A stretch of DNA of 64,000 bases from the human T2T-CHM13v2.0 reference genome, Homo sapiens, in assembly GCF_009914755.1 (NCBI RefSeq), contig NC_060940.1. The stretch is one strand, 5' to 3'. How positions within the stretch are numbered: position 1 is the first letter of the stretch; each line of letters starts with the position of its first letter. The notes below the pieces were generated by a model that ran no database searches, was not told the DNA's origin, and saw nothing but the letters and a program-made list of their open reading frames with translations. Positions 30,436-43,400 of this stretch are shown here, piece after piece. The position numbers and the translations under genes were made by a program.

Positions 30436-31952
30436 CCAAAAAGTTTTACTCTCCTTGCAACCACAACAAGGGAAAATTAAACATTCAATGACCTAAAAAC
30501 CCAAAAGGAAAAATCAAATCTGGAGAACATTACCTAATTCTCATTCGAGCTCAAATCCACTGAGTCCCTTGGATAAACTAAGGCTCATTATACTCAACAT
30601 AACAGTAAGGTTTCTTCTAGCACTAACACCCCTTTATTTAACAATGGGATAAAAACATCTCTCTTAGAATCACGAAGTTATAGGACTGGGGATTGAAATA
30701 TTTTCCAAATAGTTCTGCCACAAGGTAGGCACTGAAAATCCTCACTGCAAGCGAAGTCTCCCAGTTTTCTCATAATTGGTGTAATGATTCCATTTTCCAC
30801 AAACTGTATATTCCAAGTAAGGTTTGAGATGATCCCTTTTGGTATGCTTATTAAATAAATAAGACAGCAAGGGGCCGCGCCGTGCTGCTAGTCCTACATG
30901 GGGAGTCTTGGGAAGCCAAGCAAATGGAACATTCTTTTAACCATTCCTATTCTGTGCCTGCTCCTCATCTCTATCAGTGTGATCACAGTTAATAGTTATT
31001 ATCTCTAAGAAAAGGCACACGTTTGAAATTGATCTGCCATTATTTAATTGAATAATCATTTTCTTATAATGAAATATGGCATCTTGCAGTATTCACTGTA
31101 ATGGCAACTGCAAAGGCAAAAAAAGTGAGGGAAAGAGTAGAAGAAATGGTGTTCTCCATTTCAATAATTTTGTTTAAAAAGGTTGCATTGTTGTCTGATT
31201 TATGAATTGCCAGATGTAAAAATTCTAAAATTCTTAATGAAAATGCATCTCCTCTATCCTTTCTAGCTTGGAATTTCTTCAGATAAATCATCAAAGATAC
31301 CTCAAATGTGTCATTTTCAAGCTCCATACACATTTCTCTCTTTGTCACTCTCTCCCTGTCTCTCCCCACCCCACCTTCCCTCCTTTAACTCTTTAAAAAA
31401 CAGATTTCCTATGGTGTTTTCTATACCAACAAATAGCACCAGCATGCATCTAATCTTTCATGTTAGAAATATTATCATTTATCTTCCTCAACTGAAAATG
31501 CAATCTTTCCTTAGACTTTTATCTTCTGTGACTCAACTATGCATCACACTCATACACTTTTCTCTGCATCCAACACAACTACCCTTGCTTGCCAGGGCTA
31601 CCATCACCTTTTATGTGAATGATTGCAAATAACTCTTTAACTGGCTGCAAAGCAGAAAAAAACATTGGAGGAAGGCCAGATTTAATTTCTTTTCAGTTTC
31701 GCTGGAACCACAGCCTATCACTCAAGCTGCAATTTAAAATCTTTAAATGGCCTCCTAATGATCTTAGGATAAAGGTCCTCATAGGTCCTCATACTTAAAA
31801 TGGCTTTTGAATCCAAGTATGGCTAATTTCAGTCTAATCTAACTCTCCAGACTCTTGCTGCAGCACTTTCCCCTGGCACTCTCTGCTCCAGCTGCAGTGA
31901 AATTATTTCCATTCCCATACATGGCTGTACACCATCCTTCCACAGAGCTTCT

Positions 31953-32290
31953 TTTGTTTTATTATTGACTATATTTAAGGTGTACACTGTGATGTTTTGA
32001 TAAAAGAAACCACTGCCTTGGAAAGATGTCTGCACTTTCATGTTCATTCCAGGATTCTTCAGAATAGCAAAGAAATGGACATCACCCAAGTATCCACTGA
32101 CAGATGAATGGCTAAAGAAGTTGTGGTGTATATTTATACAATGAAATATTATTCAGCCTTTAAAAAGGAGATCCTGTCATTTGCAACAACATGAATGAAC
32201 CTAGAGGATATTATGTTAAGTGAAATAAGCCAGATCAAAGGAAAAAAAGCCCTGCCTGATCTTACTTATATGTGGCATCTTAAAAATAAT
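31953..32290. mobile_element. Old L1M fragments in opposite orientations
   Basis: Minus-oriented 3' terminus (tatatttaaggtgtacactgtgatgttttgata) joined to a plus-oriented ORF2 end/3'UTR start. Confidence 0.7.
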
Positions 32291-33075
32291 AATAATAATA
32301 ATAAGTATGTAGACACAGGGCTTTTAAACATCCTTTTAAGCTGCACTATTCATCCTCCCTCCCATGGCTTCACCTTGTTCCAACTAATTGTTTTCACTTT
32401 TTCATGTTTCAATTCAAGAGTCCCCATGTCAGAAAGGCCTTATCAAATCATGTCTCTGTCATATTACTTGAATAAATGCTCAGAAGAAAGTGTTCGATGA
32501 GAGTAAAGAAAGTTGTCAAATAATTATTGTCTCCCTGATTCTTTCATGTTGGCTGCCTAGAATGCACGCTGTTGAAATTTCCAAGGCAGAGTATGGCTTT
32601 AGCAGGGAAGAGTGGAGTCTTACTGATGTCCTCCCAGTTGCAGGAAGAAGGAGTGTAAATTTTGCAGCAAGCCTACTGCATATTTGTCTTCCCTACCTCG
32701 GGCACTAGAGATTTGATTTCCTTTCTAAAACAAATGGGGCTAATAATAGAGCAATATCTGAGCTTCATTTGCATCACCCTCTCAAGCTTTCATAAAGAGA
32801 AATAGCAGGCAAAAGAGAAAGGAGTGCACAACTTGCAGTCAGACATACTGGTTCTAATTCTTACTTACTATACGCTTGATATTTGGAAATGGTATCAACT
32901 GTTTTGTAATCTGTAAAATGGGAATAAGTTTAGTACCAAAATCATGCCATACCTGGCACATAATAAGCCACTCAATAGTTGCTGTCAGGTTTTTAATTAT
33001 CACTAAAAATTATAATATAAATTCAAATGGAAACATCATACCAAGATTCTCATCCAGTGCAGGAAATTAACTTAC

Positions 33076-33243
33076 TCTGTGCAAATTTTGGAGGATTGTC
33101 ATTAACATCAGTAAGAGTCACTGTAAGTGTCGTGGTCCCAGACAGGCCACCAGAGTGTCCACCCATATCTTTGGCTTGGATAACAACCAGGTACTCCTCC
33201 TTGGCTTCTCTGTCCATGTTGGGAAGGGCAGTTTTTATAATAG
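33076..33243 (-). CDS. CDH8: Cadherin-8 coding exon (probably exon 5), C-terminal half of EC2
   Basis: Minus strand ccctcAG|CTATT...GCACAGA|GTAAG, 168 nt, phase 1/1. Encodes (A)[55 protein letters not shown] with cadherin DRE and DxNDNxP Ca2+-binding motifs; recognised as CDH8. Confidence 0.96.
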
Positions 33244-35831
33244 CTGAGGGGGAAAATGGAAGAATGACTTTCAGTCACAGAGCTAATTCAAAAATGAAAG
33301 TGTTAATCTCACACATGCACACATACACACAAGCATACACCAAGTCCCTAGTCAGATAATTTTCTGTGTTCTTCTGACATTTGATTGGTGTGTGCCTGTT
33401 ACATCAATGAGAAAGACTGTGGTCATAGACATTTACAGATAATTTGCAAAAATATATTTTATAATGTATAAAAAGAACTTGCAAAAATATACATTAGAAA
33501 GTAAACTGAATGGCATCCCTTGCCTACCAAATTATAATGTATATCATAACACAGTCTCGTCCACCCCAGAAAACCCTGGGAGTGAAAGAATTCTCCAATT
33601 TATCACAGATCTCAATTCCCCCACAGGAGGAGTAAATACACACATAGCTTGAAGGCTCTGAGGTCAAAGATAAATTATTCTGAAGTTCACAGATACATTT
33701 GAGAGATGAAATAAATAAATGTGTCATTAGAATCAACTCAGATGAATAAAATACCAATCAGAATTAATATAGTCAAGTGTCTTAAGTTCTAATCTACTGT
33801 TCAGCTATATTTATATTTTAATTCTTTAGATACATCTTCTCTTTGTAAAAGTAGCAAATAGTTTAGAAAAATAGGAAGATATAGGAAAAGGTGTATAAAA
33901 TATAAAATTACATAAAATACGATAAAATTATCACTGCTCAAATCTTAATGTTTTTTCTTCTGATATATATTCAGCGTTTCATGTGGGTTTGTCTGTTTGT
34001 TTCACTGGTAATTTAATATTCTTGTTAAAGATCCAAAATTTTCTTAGATCCTCCTGAAGTTTATTTTGAAAATCAAAAATCCTTATTTAGCTCTCTACCT
34101 CCACATATTTTTTTCATAGATAACGCTGACATTTTGAGGCGCAAAATTATAAGGCCATGATATGTACATACCCAGAAATGTGAGTATAAACATTTAACCA
34201 CAGACATGATCATGATGTAGGCAGCATTCTGAGACTTTCTTTTTCTCACAGGAGATGTTTTTGAAAAACTTCCTTGTCACTGCATAGAAGTTCACCTCAT
34301 TACTTCCTACAGTTGCATAATTTTTCATTGTACAATATACTATACATGGCTAAGGCATTCTCATATTGATAAATATTGCAGTTATTTCATATTTTCCCAT
34401 GTCAAACAACTGACAGATATATTAGTATGATAATATTGTATTTTTTTATTTCCTGCATTTTTACTTAACTCTGTCATAAGATGCCCCTTCCCCATATTGC
34501 TAAATGTCCATAATAAAACTTATTTTGACTAGTCCAGAATACTTCTATTGAATTGATGTGTGTTACATTTCTGGTCAAGCTAAAAGGAAAATGTCCAGAT
34601 TAAAGACAATTTAACCCCTTCACTTCTAACCCAGGGGCACCATACATGTTCAATTCAAATTGAAGCTGAGCCATTGCCTTGGCCACTTCTGAAGTTGTAA
34701 TTCTTTTTTTTTTTTAATTCATATGGTTTATTTAAATCATCTGTCTGTAAAAGCACTGCAAGGAGTTCAAGTCCCTAAATCTTTTGAGTAGCAAGTGAGT
34801 CCCAAGAGTTACCAGGGAAATACAATGCACCTACACAGGGAGCAGGCTCTGGGGAGAACTGTGAGTTCTTATACACTTTATTAGACTCTGACACAACTTT
34901 AATAATAGGGCTTCCCATTCAGGGAGCACTGAATTAGATAACCTTGCTTATTTGGAAACATTTGTAATACTACGATGATATTTTTCAATGCAATGCTTTG
35001 TTTCAGGATTTGATCACATCATAATATAGCTTATAGGTCATACCTATATAGTTAGAAATAAAAACAGAAATAAAAGTAGAAATATATCAACCATTCAGAT
35101 TTAGATCACTCTGAGGCATGTTTGAGAAGAAAACAAACAGATAAGCAAAAAACAGCAACAAAGACAACAACCTCATTATATTAGCATGTTGAGATACCAA
35201 GATAGCTACTCTGCTATGAATATACATTTTCATGACCTAGAATGTTTTCATTATGGCTCAAATTTTCAGTAAAAAAGATTGAAAACATTGTTTTCCTCCT
35301 GTGACATTTACATGAATGCTTGTACCACCACATTCTAAGGTCATCACCAATTATGCCATCCACTGGACTTTGGAATTTGACATGGAGCTTCTAACAATCA
35401 GAGCAAAATAATGTTGTTCTCCAAGGAAGGCAGCAATTTTTTTCAAGAAAGTTGATGAGGTGAGGTCTATGCATGAGACTTCTCAGGTTACTTGCGTGAA
35501 AGAACTCCTGCAACTTCTCTGAGTCAAAAAAGATTGGTATGTATTATTCTCATCATTTCTTTTATATGTTGTGAAAGTGAAAATGTAAAACAAAACAAAA
35601 CTGTGATGTCTCTTAGGCATTTGGAATTAAAATAGTTTTTTTACTCACTTGGAAATAACACCTTTGGGTTAGTGTCTACAAGTTATATCAGAATATGAGT
35701 GAAGCGTCACAGTGGAGAATGTTGTTTAGCAAATAGGACAAGAAATGCTCCATGGGACTTCATCAATTGCAAAAGTCTTTTTACCCTCCCCCATTGAGGT
35801 AAGCAGCTTCATACTACCTAAGATGCATATA

Positions 35832-36748
35832 CAGTTGACTCTTGAACAACACGGGAGGTAAGGGGCACTGACCCCACGTACAGTTGAAAATCTGTATGTC
35901 ATTTTTGACTCCCCCAAAACGTAACTGCTAATAACCTACTATTGACCACAAACCTTACTGATAACACAAACAGTCGATTAACATATAAATAGAATAGTGT
36001 AAGAGGCTTGTGAAACTGGAACAACTCCATCTTGAATAGGGGTTAGGTAAAATAAGGCTGAGACCTTCTGAGCTGCATTCCCAGACAGTTAAGGCATTCT
36101 AACTTACAGGATGAGATAGGAAGCCAGAACAAGATACAGATCATAAAGACCTTGCTGATAAAACAGGTTGCAGTAAAGAAACTGGCCAAAACCCACCAAA
36201 ACCAAGATAGCGACAAGAGTGACCTCTGGTCGTCCTTACTACTGCACTCCCACCAGCACCATGACAGTTTACGAATGCCACGGCAACTTCAGAAAGTTAC
36301 TGTATATGGTCTACGAAAGGGGAGGAATGAATAATCCACCCATTGTTTAGCATATCATCAAGAAATAAGCATAAACATGGGCAACCAGCAGCCCCAGGGC
36401 TGCCCCTGTCTATGGAATATCCATTCTTTTATTCCTTTACTTTCTTAATAAACTTGCTTTCACTATTCTACAGACTTGCCCTGACTTCTTTCTTGCACAG
36501 CATCCAAGAACCCTCTTTTGAGGTCTGGACTGGGACCTCTTTCTGGTAACAATAGTATCTACACACGTTTTATGCATTCATGACATTCATTTTTCTTAAT
36601 TTTTTTAACATTCTAGGCTACCTGGTTCATCTGTCAATTTTTCCAAATTGTTGAAAATCTCAGAAAAATTTACAAAATATTTATTGAAAAAAATGTACTT
36701 GTAAGTGGACCCTCATAGGTTAAACCTGTGTTGTTCAAGGGTCAACCA
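35832..36748. mobile_element. Tigger2-derived Tc1/mariner non-autonomous element interrupted by MER41A
   Basis: TIR cagttgactcttgaacaacacggg (35832-35855) and its complement (36725-36748), flanked by TA. Confidence 0.85.
35998..36551 (+). mobile_element. MER41A ERV1 solo LTR, 554 bp
   Basis: TG...CA ends; caactccatcttgaataggg, cccagacagttaaggcattctaa, cttaataaacttgctttcac; 4-bp TSD ATAG at 35994-35997 and 36552-36555. Confidence 0.88.
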
Positions 36749-39687
36749 TATATTTTCAAGTTTGATTCCTCTTACCAATGCTGCCCTCATAATTGAAATC
36801 AAGCAAGTTTGTATTTTTTGTCTTAGTCTTAACCTTACCAACTCTGTGACCATGAATAAATTATTAAACTCATCCAAACTCCATATCCTCTCAATCAGAG
36901 ATAATAACCAGCTTCTCACTGTGGACATTCCAAGATGATGTGAGATAATTCAGGCAAAGTTCTTGGTACACAGTAGTTACCCAAACACACTGTTCCCCTT
37001 CCCCAACGTGACTTTTTAATGCTTATGTTGATGGTGGCTAGAGTACAGAATATTCTACAATTGCTCCCACAAGTCCACTGCCCAGCCCTACCCACCCAGT
37101 GTTGGCATGTAAGGGTGGCCTTAATAGATTGCCCCAATTAACTCCTTTACTTTCTGGCTTTTTGTTAGGCTCCACCAATATACATTAACCTAGGAGGCTG
37201 TGCAACTGGCTCCCCCAAAGACTCCTGCAAAGACTTTATTCCTGTATTTGGCCACTCAGGTTATTATTTAGAGATATCGTTAAAGTAAAATTCTATCTAG
37301 TGTCCAATAACTGCCACCTTCCTTTGTTCCTTAAGGTCTAGGAGTCTTGATGGTACTTCTATCGCTAGCATCTGGTGCTGCATTCTTCCATGACGGTCTC
37401 TCTTAACCAGGCCATACTTTTGTCAATTGTCCCTTTGTTAAATTCTCCTCAATTGCCTCTTTCCTGACAAGATCCCAAAATACACGTTACAAAACTGGGA
37501 CTCTGTCCAAGTGCCAAACATTTTGCCTGCATGTCACTCCTACACAGACATCTATAGTTCAAAAGTACTTCAGTGTAATAATGTACTGCGGTCCAGGCCT
37601 GCTCCTTAAGAAGGCAGGGCAGACTGTTTTCTTACCTGTAAAATGAGAGTAATACCTATTCATTTAAGTGGGTTGCTCAAGATGACCCCACTGGGAAGCT
37701 GCACCTCTGAGAATCTTTGCATCTCCTCTTTCCTTCCACAACATTGGGAGTAGGTTTTCTGATCTCTAAGGCGAGTAGGAAGTCTCTCCAAGGTTTCTTT
37801 AGAACACACAGTGCAGTTAATTGGCTTCAATTCAAACTGAATAATGAACAGCTCTTGCTTTCCCGAGTCCACTGCCTCTAGTCTCAACCCCATGACTAGC
37901 AGAAACTCATTAAAACATCCAAGACAGAATTTTTGGAATGCTTTTTATGCTATTTTGTAGCTGGAAAGGCAGGATAGGGGAAACCACAATTGTCCTGGAT
38001 CCTCTTATTTTTCTTTTTGTGTTGGGCTTATCTACACATATTACTTAACTTTACTATTCCTATTCACAATGTATTTCACTTCCATAGATACTTCAAGATA
38101 TTGACAAGCTCCAAAAATAGAAAATGAAAATAGCCTTACTATTCTCTTCTACTTCTTTTCTCCTGTTTTGGCTAACATATCTCCCAAGCACTAGTAGTTT
38201 CAGGCTGTTTCTTTTATGAAAAGAAATGTGTTTGATGAGAAACTCTGCATCCAATAAAACAAATTAATGAATAAACAAAATTATGGACAAGAGATAACTC
38301 CCCTATTTTAAAAATCATTGTTTGGTATGAAATGCCACCTAATACAGAGCACAAAATATAGTAATTAGGGAAGACTGTTTTCAAATTTAAGAAGGATTTA
38401 AATTCTCAGATTTGAGAAGTCAAAAGTCAAAAATTTTGAACTGTGAATGCTAAAAAGTGACTTAAAACTTCAATAAAATGGCATTTCTTATCCATTTTCA
38501 ACTTTTATTCTAAAAAGCCAGAGAGAGGATTCTGACTCGCTATTTGCCAGAATAGTTTATTTTGGCAAATTAGTTTAATTTAAAGCAAATTTTGATGGTG
38601 CTACGTTAAATAACATCCCGTTGCCCAAGACATAAATTGTGTCTATCTTTTTTCATAAATGGCCAAGCAGCAGTAGTGTCCATGTCCCTAGCATGCTTAC
38701 AGTCACACATTCTCAACACTCAGCAACATGTTCAGAAGCTCACATAAGTTTAACCTTCCATTACACCGGTGCGGCGACAAGTTAGTGGTCTCAAGTTTAG
38801 GAGAAGCCATGTGACAAAATGCTTTCCTCTGAAGCAATTAGTAAAATTCTTGATGTGAATATTTGATAAATAACCTCACAATAAAGAAAACAGCTTAGAT
38901 CATTTTTTCCAGCATAGAAATTCCAGGATAAGAGTATTGAGTTGATAAAATTATCTGATCACAACTTTTATTTTTTACTTTTGTAAATTTCCAACAGTAA
39001 TGTTTCTAGGGTTTAGATTTAGACCATTTCATAATCAGCTAGCCTTGGACTAACACAGAACATCCCTGGGACAAACTTTTTTCCTTGAAAGTGGGGGGCT
39101 GTAACATTTTGTAATTTTGAGAAGGAAAAATCACACTTGGTATTCAGGGGTACCTATGCCTCCTGGAGTCTCAGTAGCTTAAGTTGCATAGTAGTTCCAG
39201 ATGAGAGAATACAAATGATTATATTTTAGAAGTTTCCCTGGAACTTCATTTTGAAAATTCAAGCAAACAAGAGAATTCAACTAATGAGAACCCTCCATTC
39301 TCCATGAAGTTCATTCAATGGAAATTTGAACCTGGCACTGGGGAGTAGAAGATTAAGGGGTGAATTCTAGTAGAAGAATTACAAGGAAAAGGAGGATCAT
39401 CTTGTTTAAAACCAACATTCATTACCTAGCTGTGAATAGACTCGTGTTTGATTCTCCTGTATTTAAGATATGATTTTATCTTTATGTTATTCAATCAAAT
39501 GGAGATTTTCCTGGTTCAGGAGTTTAAGAATTTAAATCCTAGACTGGCCTAAGTTCCTCTTAGTGCTCAACAGCTGTTTCTTATGTCTCATCATCCAGGG
39601 AGTATTTCTGATTAGAATCCAGCTTCAGTCATCTCAAAAACATTAAACTTGTGTGTGTGTTATTTTTTCTTCCCATTGTCTTTGGCG

Positions 39688-39955
39688 TTATCATTTGAGA
39701 AGCATTTTGTATCCGTCACGAAGATTTCTTTTTATAATTTCTGTGATATCACCAGATTGAGAGGCTTCACAAGAAAGGCAAGGGGATGCTGATTGACTCT
39801 TTTGTCATTTTGAAGGCTGATTACTGTAATTCACTCTTCACGGGTCTCCCAGATTGTGCTGTTCAAAGATTGCAGTTGATATAAAATGCTGTGCTAGACT
39901 CCTCTTTTGAATAAGACTTGTTGAACACATTATCCTGGTTATGAAACCACTAGCT
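39688..39955 (+). mobile_element. Ancient L2-clade LINE ORF2 C-terminal fossil
   Basis: Translates as LSFEKHFVSVTKISFYNFCDITRLRGF, then after a frameshift LIDSFVILKADYCNSLFTGLPDCAVQRLQLI*NA...EHII, matching the L2-clade pattern LSF..H...FYHLR.I.R.R / SRLDYCNSL..GLP...LQ..QNAAAR...HITP. Confidence 0.7.
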
Positions 39956-40395
39956 TTGTTATCCCCAAAAACCCTTTCCAATTCAGTGTACAATTATCAT
40001 TTTATTATCTGTGAAAAGGGGTCTTTTACTTATGAGGTTAAGTGGTAAAAGGCTATAAGAGACAATACTTCTATAAGTGGGGGGGTCATGTACTGCACCC
40101 ATACTTTCTGCTAGCTATGTGATTTATACTACATGCTACCAGTTATGAAGAATAAAGTATATATAACCAGACATACTTCCACACACACCCACCTTACCAC
40201 TGAATAACAGAATCACAACAATATCAAACTTGCACAGATATACCACAAAGGAAAAAATGAAACACTTAGATAAACACATTAGAAAATAATTCGGCCTCCA
40301 TAAGGCTCAAAGAAAACAGCACTTCCCTTTCTTTGTGACTAATAATTTATGATTTAGATAGATGGGGAGAGATTTTAGAGGAAGACAGATAGATA

Positions 40396-40396
<1 letters not shown>

Positions 40397-40442
<46 letters not shown>
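40397..40442. repeat. (TAGA)11 tetranucleotide microsatellite
   Basis: 11 perfect TAGA units with degenerate GATA-rich flanks. Confidence 0.95.
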
Positions 40443-43400
40443 CATAGAGAAATAGAGAGGGAAATAGAGAGACAGATAAATAGACTTATAGATAGATGGG
40501 TCTGAATTTGGAGAAACTGTATCTCCTCTTATACATTTCTGGTGCCTTCTAAAAATATAACAACCCATTTGGAAATACAACTGATCAAGTGAATCAGCAA
40601 TCAAAAGCTTGTTTATACATTTTGACCAGTACTTTTTAAACTAAGAACTTATTCTAAGAAAATCATAAATTTTATTTTCTCCTGGTTACTCATATTTTTA
40701 GTTTTAGATGTTCACTTTTCTGTACAATATTTTTTAAAAGAAAATCAATTTAAATAATAACAAGAAAAATATTAAGTTAGTGGTTAAGGTTATAGATATC
40801 AAAGGCATACAATATTAAGCAGACATTAAAAACTGTTATAAAGAGCCTATTGCAAATGATTACATTATAATAATTTTAATATTATTTTGAATTATATATG
40901 CCATGATTAGCCTGTGTTATATGGTGCATATAAAAATTTGGAAATAAATACACACAAAGATAGCTTGATATGTTTTAGTGCAGGCACTGGAATTGTCCCC
41001 CCCTTTTTTCATCTGTCTATAAGAAGAAGCACAGATCTGTGCTTAGAGAATGGGTTCTGGAGTTAGCTAGATGAGAAATTATTTTTGTAGAACTATTACC
41101 AGCCATGTGATCGTGGGCAGGTCACTGAAATTCCCTGAGGCTCACTGATCTCATATACAAAACGTTATTAATTGCAATCAAGAGTTTAGACTCAGTATTA
41201 TTGTTCGGTATTATTACATGATAAGTAAAAAGGCAAATGTTTTATTTTCTACATTATATATGTATAATATTATATACACAGTATATATATTTTATAAAGA
41301 TGCACATATATATGCACACTCATAGCTGTAAATATGCACATATAAATGTAGATAAATTTTGTATTTTTTTATAAATATATACGTTCATATATGGATATAT
41401 AGATTCACACATATGTAAATATATGCATGTTTTCTACTTAGGCTTTATAAATGTATACACACATACATATATACACATGTCAAATGAAATTTAGGTATTA
41501 ATTCAGTGGTTATGATAATCAGCAAATACTTATGCTATTTTTAAAATTAGAAACAAAGATTATATTCAGAAAATCTACTACAAGATGTGAACATCTCTCA
41601 CCAATTTCAAAAAAGTAATGCTTCCACAGTGATTTCCAGGTAACAAAGTGATTTTTCTCTTATTCAAATCTTTACATGACTTGTCTCCAAACATTTTTTA
41701 CTATGGTATTCTACACAGCATATGCCTTTGATTTTCCAAGCACTTTCCTTTCTTTGGATTTGCCATATACTTTGGTTCCTCCACAATTTTGCGTGGATAA
41801 TACAGTCTAGAACACACTTACTCTTTACTGGATCTCTTAAAATTCCATGCATCCTTTCAGTCCCAGCTCTGATGTCTCAGCTGCCAAGAAGTCTTTCCAA
41901 ATAGGACTACTTGCTTTCTTCCTTTTGATTGTATGCACCTTTGCTAGAAACTTCCCCACAGCATTTGTTTTTATGTTTCTTTCCATTTCACCACCTCCTC
42001 TATTTCAACCTGTCCTGCTAGCAAAGTAATGGGTATGAAAGCCATGTCATAATTATCGCCCAGAACCTAACGCAATCCCTGGCACATAATAGGTTATTCA
42101 ACAAATGTAAGAGAGAAGAAAATACTACAAAGAGAAAAAGAGAAGATAGGAGAGAATGAAGATGGAAGAAGAAAGAGAGAGAAAAACGTGGTAATTGAAG
42201 CTTGCTGCTTCAGGGACTCAGCCCTGGAGCATGCAACCACTTGAAAACTATTAATAATTGCCATGTCTCCAGGGACCAGAGACATACAGATGTTGTTACA
42301 CAGTCACAGAGCCACTAAGTGTGTGTGTCTGGTGGGAGGGTGGGGGTGAGTGTGGCAGTATTTGACTTCAAGTCTTACTGCTTCAAGGCTCAAGGGCTAC
42401 TTCATTCCATCACAGCCTGAGTCACATCTTGAGATTATGCTGGTTTGCCAGAAGAAGGACATAGCACTACAATTAATGCTAGTGAGGTGAGTGTGTTTTA
42501 TAGACTGAAGAACACGGGGTTCTCATTGTTTCTGTAGATATTTTATTCATTTCATAATTGACATTTGAAGTTTTAATTAAATGTCTCAATATAAATTTGT
42601 AGGGCAGTGTTCTAATATTTCATATATTCTCAAGAATACTCAAAAAAGGTGGTGCTGATGGGCTATGGATTCTAGAAATATTTCATGAATATAATTACTT
42701 GGGGATGAATTCATGAAAAAACAATTTCTTTGATATACATGCTTTACCAATGAATGATGTTCTGGTGTTACTTGCTATTTTTGAAGATTCATAGTTATTT
42801 ATTTCTCTTGGCAAATATATGGTTATGACATGCAAATTCTCCTATAAGAGTTGATAGGAAAACAATTCATTTTCCACAGGTGAAAATATATTATCACATG
42901 AATATTGGGAATTCAGAATGTGACCCAGCAATGAGAAAGGTCTTGGACAAAGTCCCGCAGCCTGCAGCTGTGGCGTCCAAATCTTGGTCTTTAGAAACTT
43001 AATTATAAAATTTTTTTTTAATTTGCCTAGAAACTCCATGTCTGATAAAAAGAATGTAGAAAATAATATACTCTCCTTTGCCAAAAAATATCTCCGCAGA
43101 ATGCTTAGTAAGATATTTGTCCAACAATCACCTTCTATGCTATCCCAGCATCTTAATATGATTCTGTTTGACAGGCATGGCTCTGTCATATAGGTTTTAT
43201 ATATTAACCTCTATATGCCCTGCCCCATTTATGCTTGGAAATTGTTGCTATAGAATAGCGGGCTTGAAAGCTTTAAATCAGACCGCTGAGGATCATTCCA
43301 CTATCTCAATGTGTAAAAATTACTTCCTTACATGTGAGTTTCCTGTTTTATAATGTAGCATATTCTTAGACTAAAAAAACTACAGCTTCTTAATTATCCC

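Noticed and set aside
33027-33359. 110-aa plus-strand ORF
   Set aside because: Antisense shadow of the CDH8 exon.
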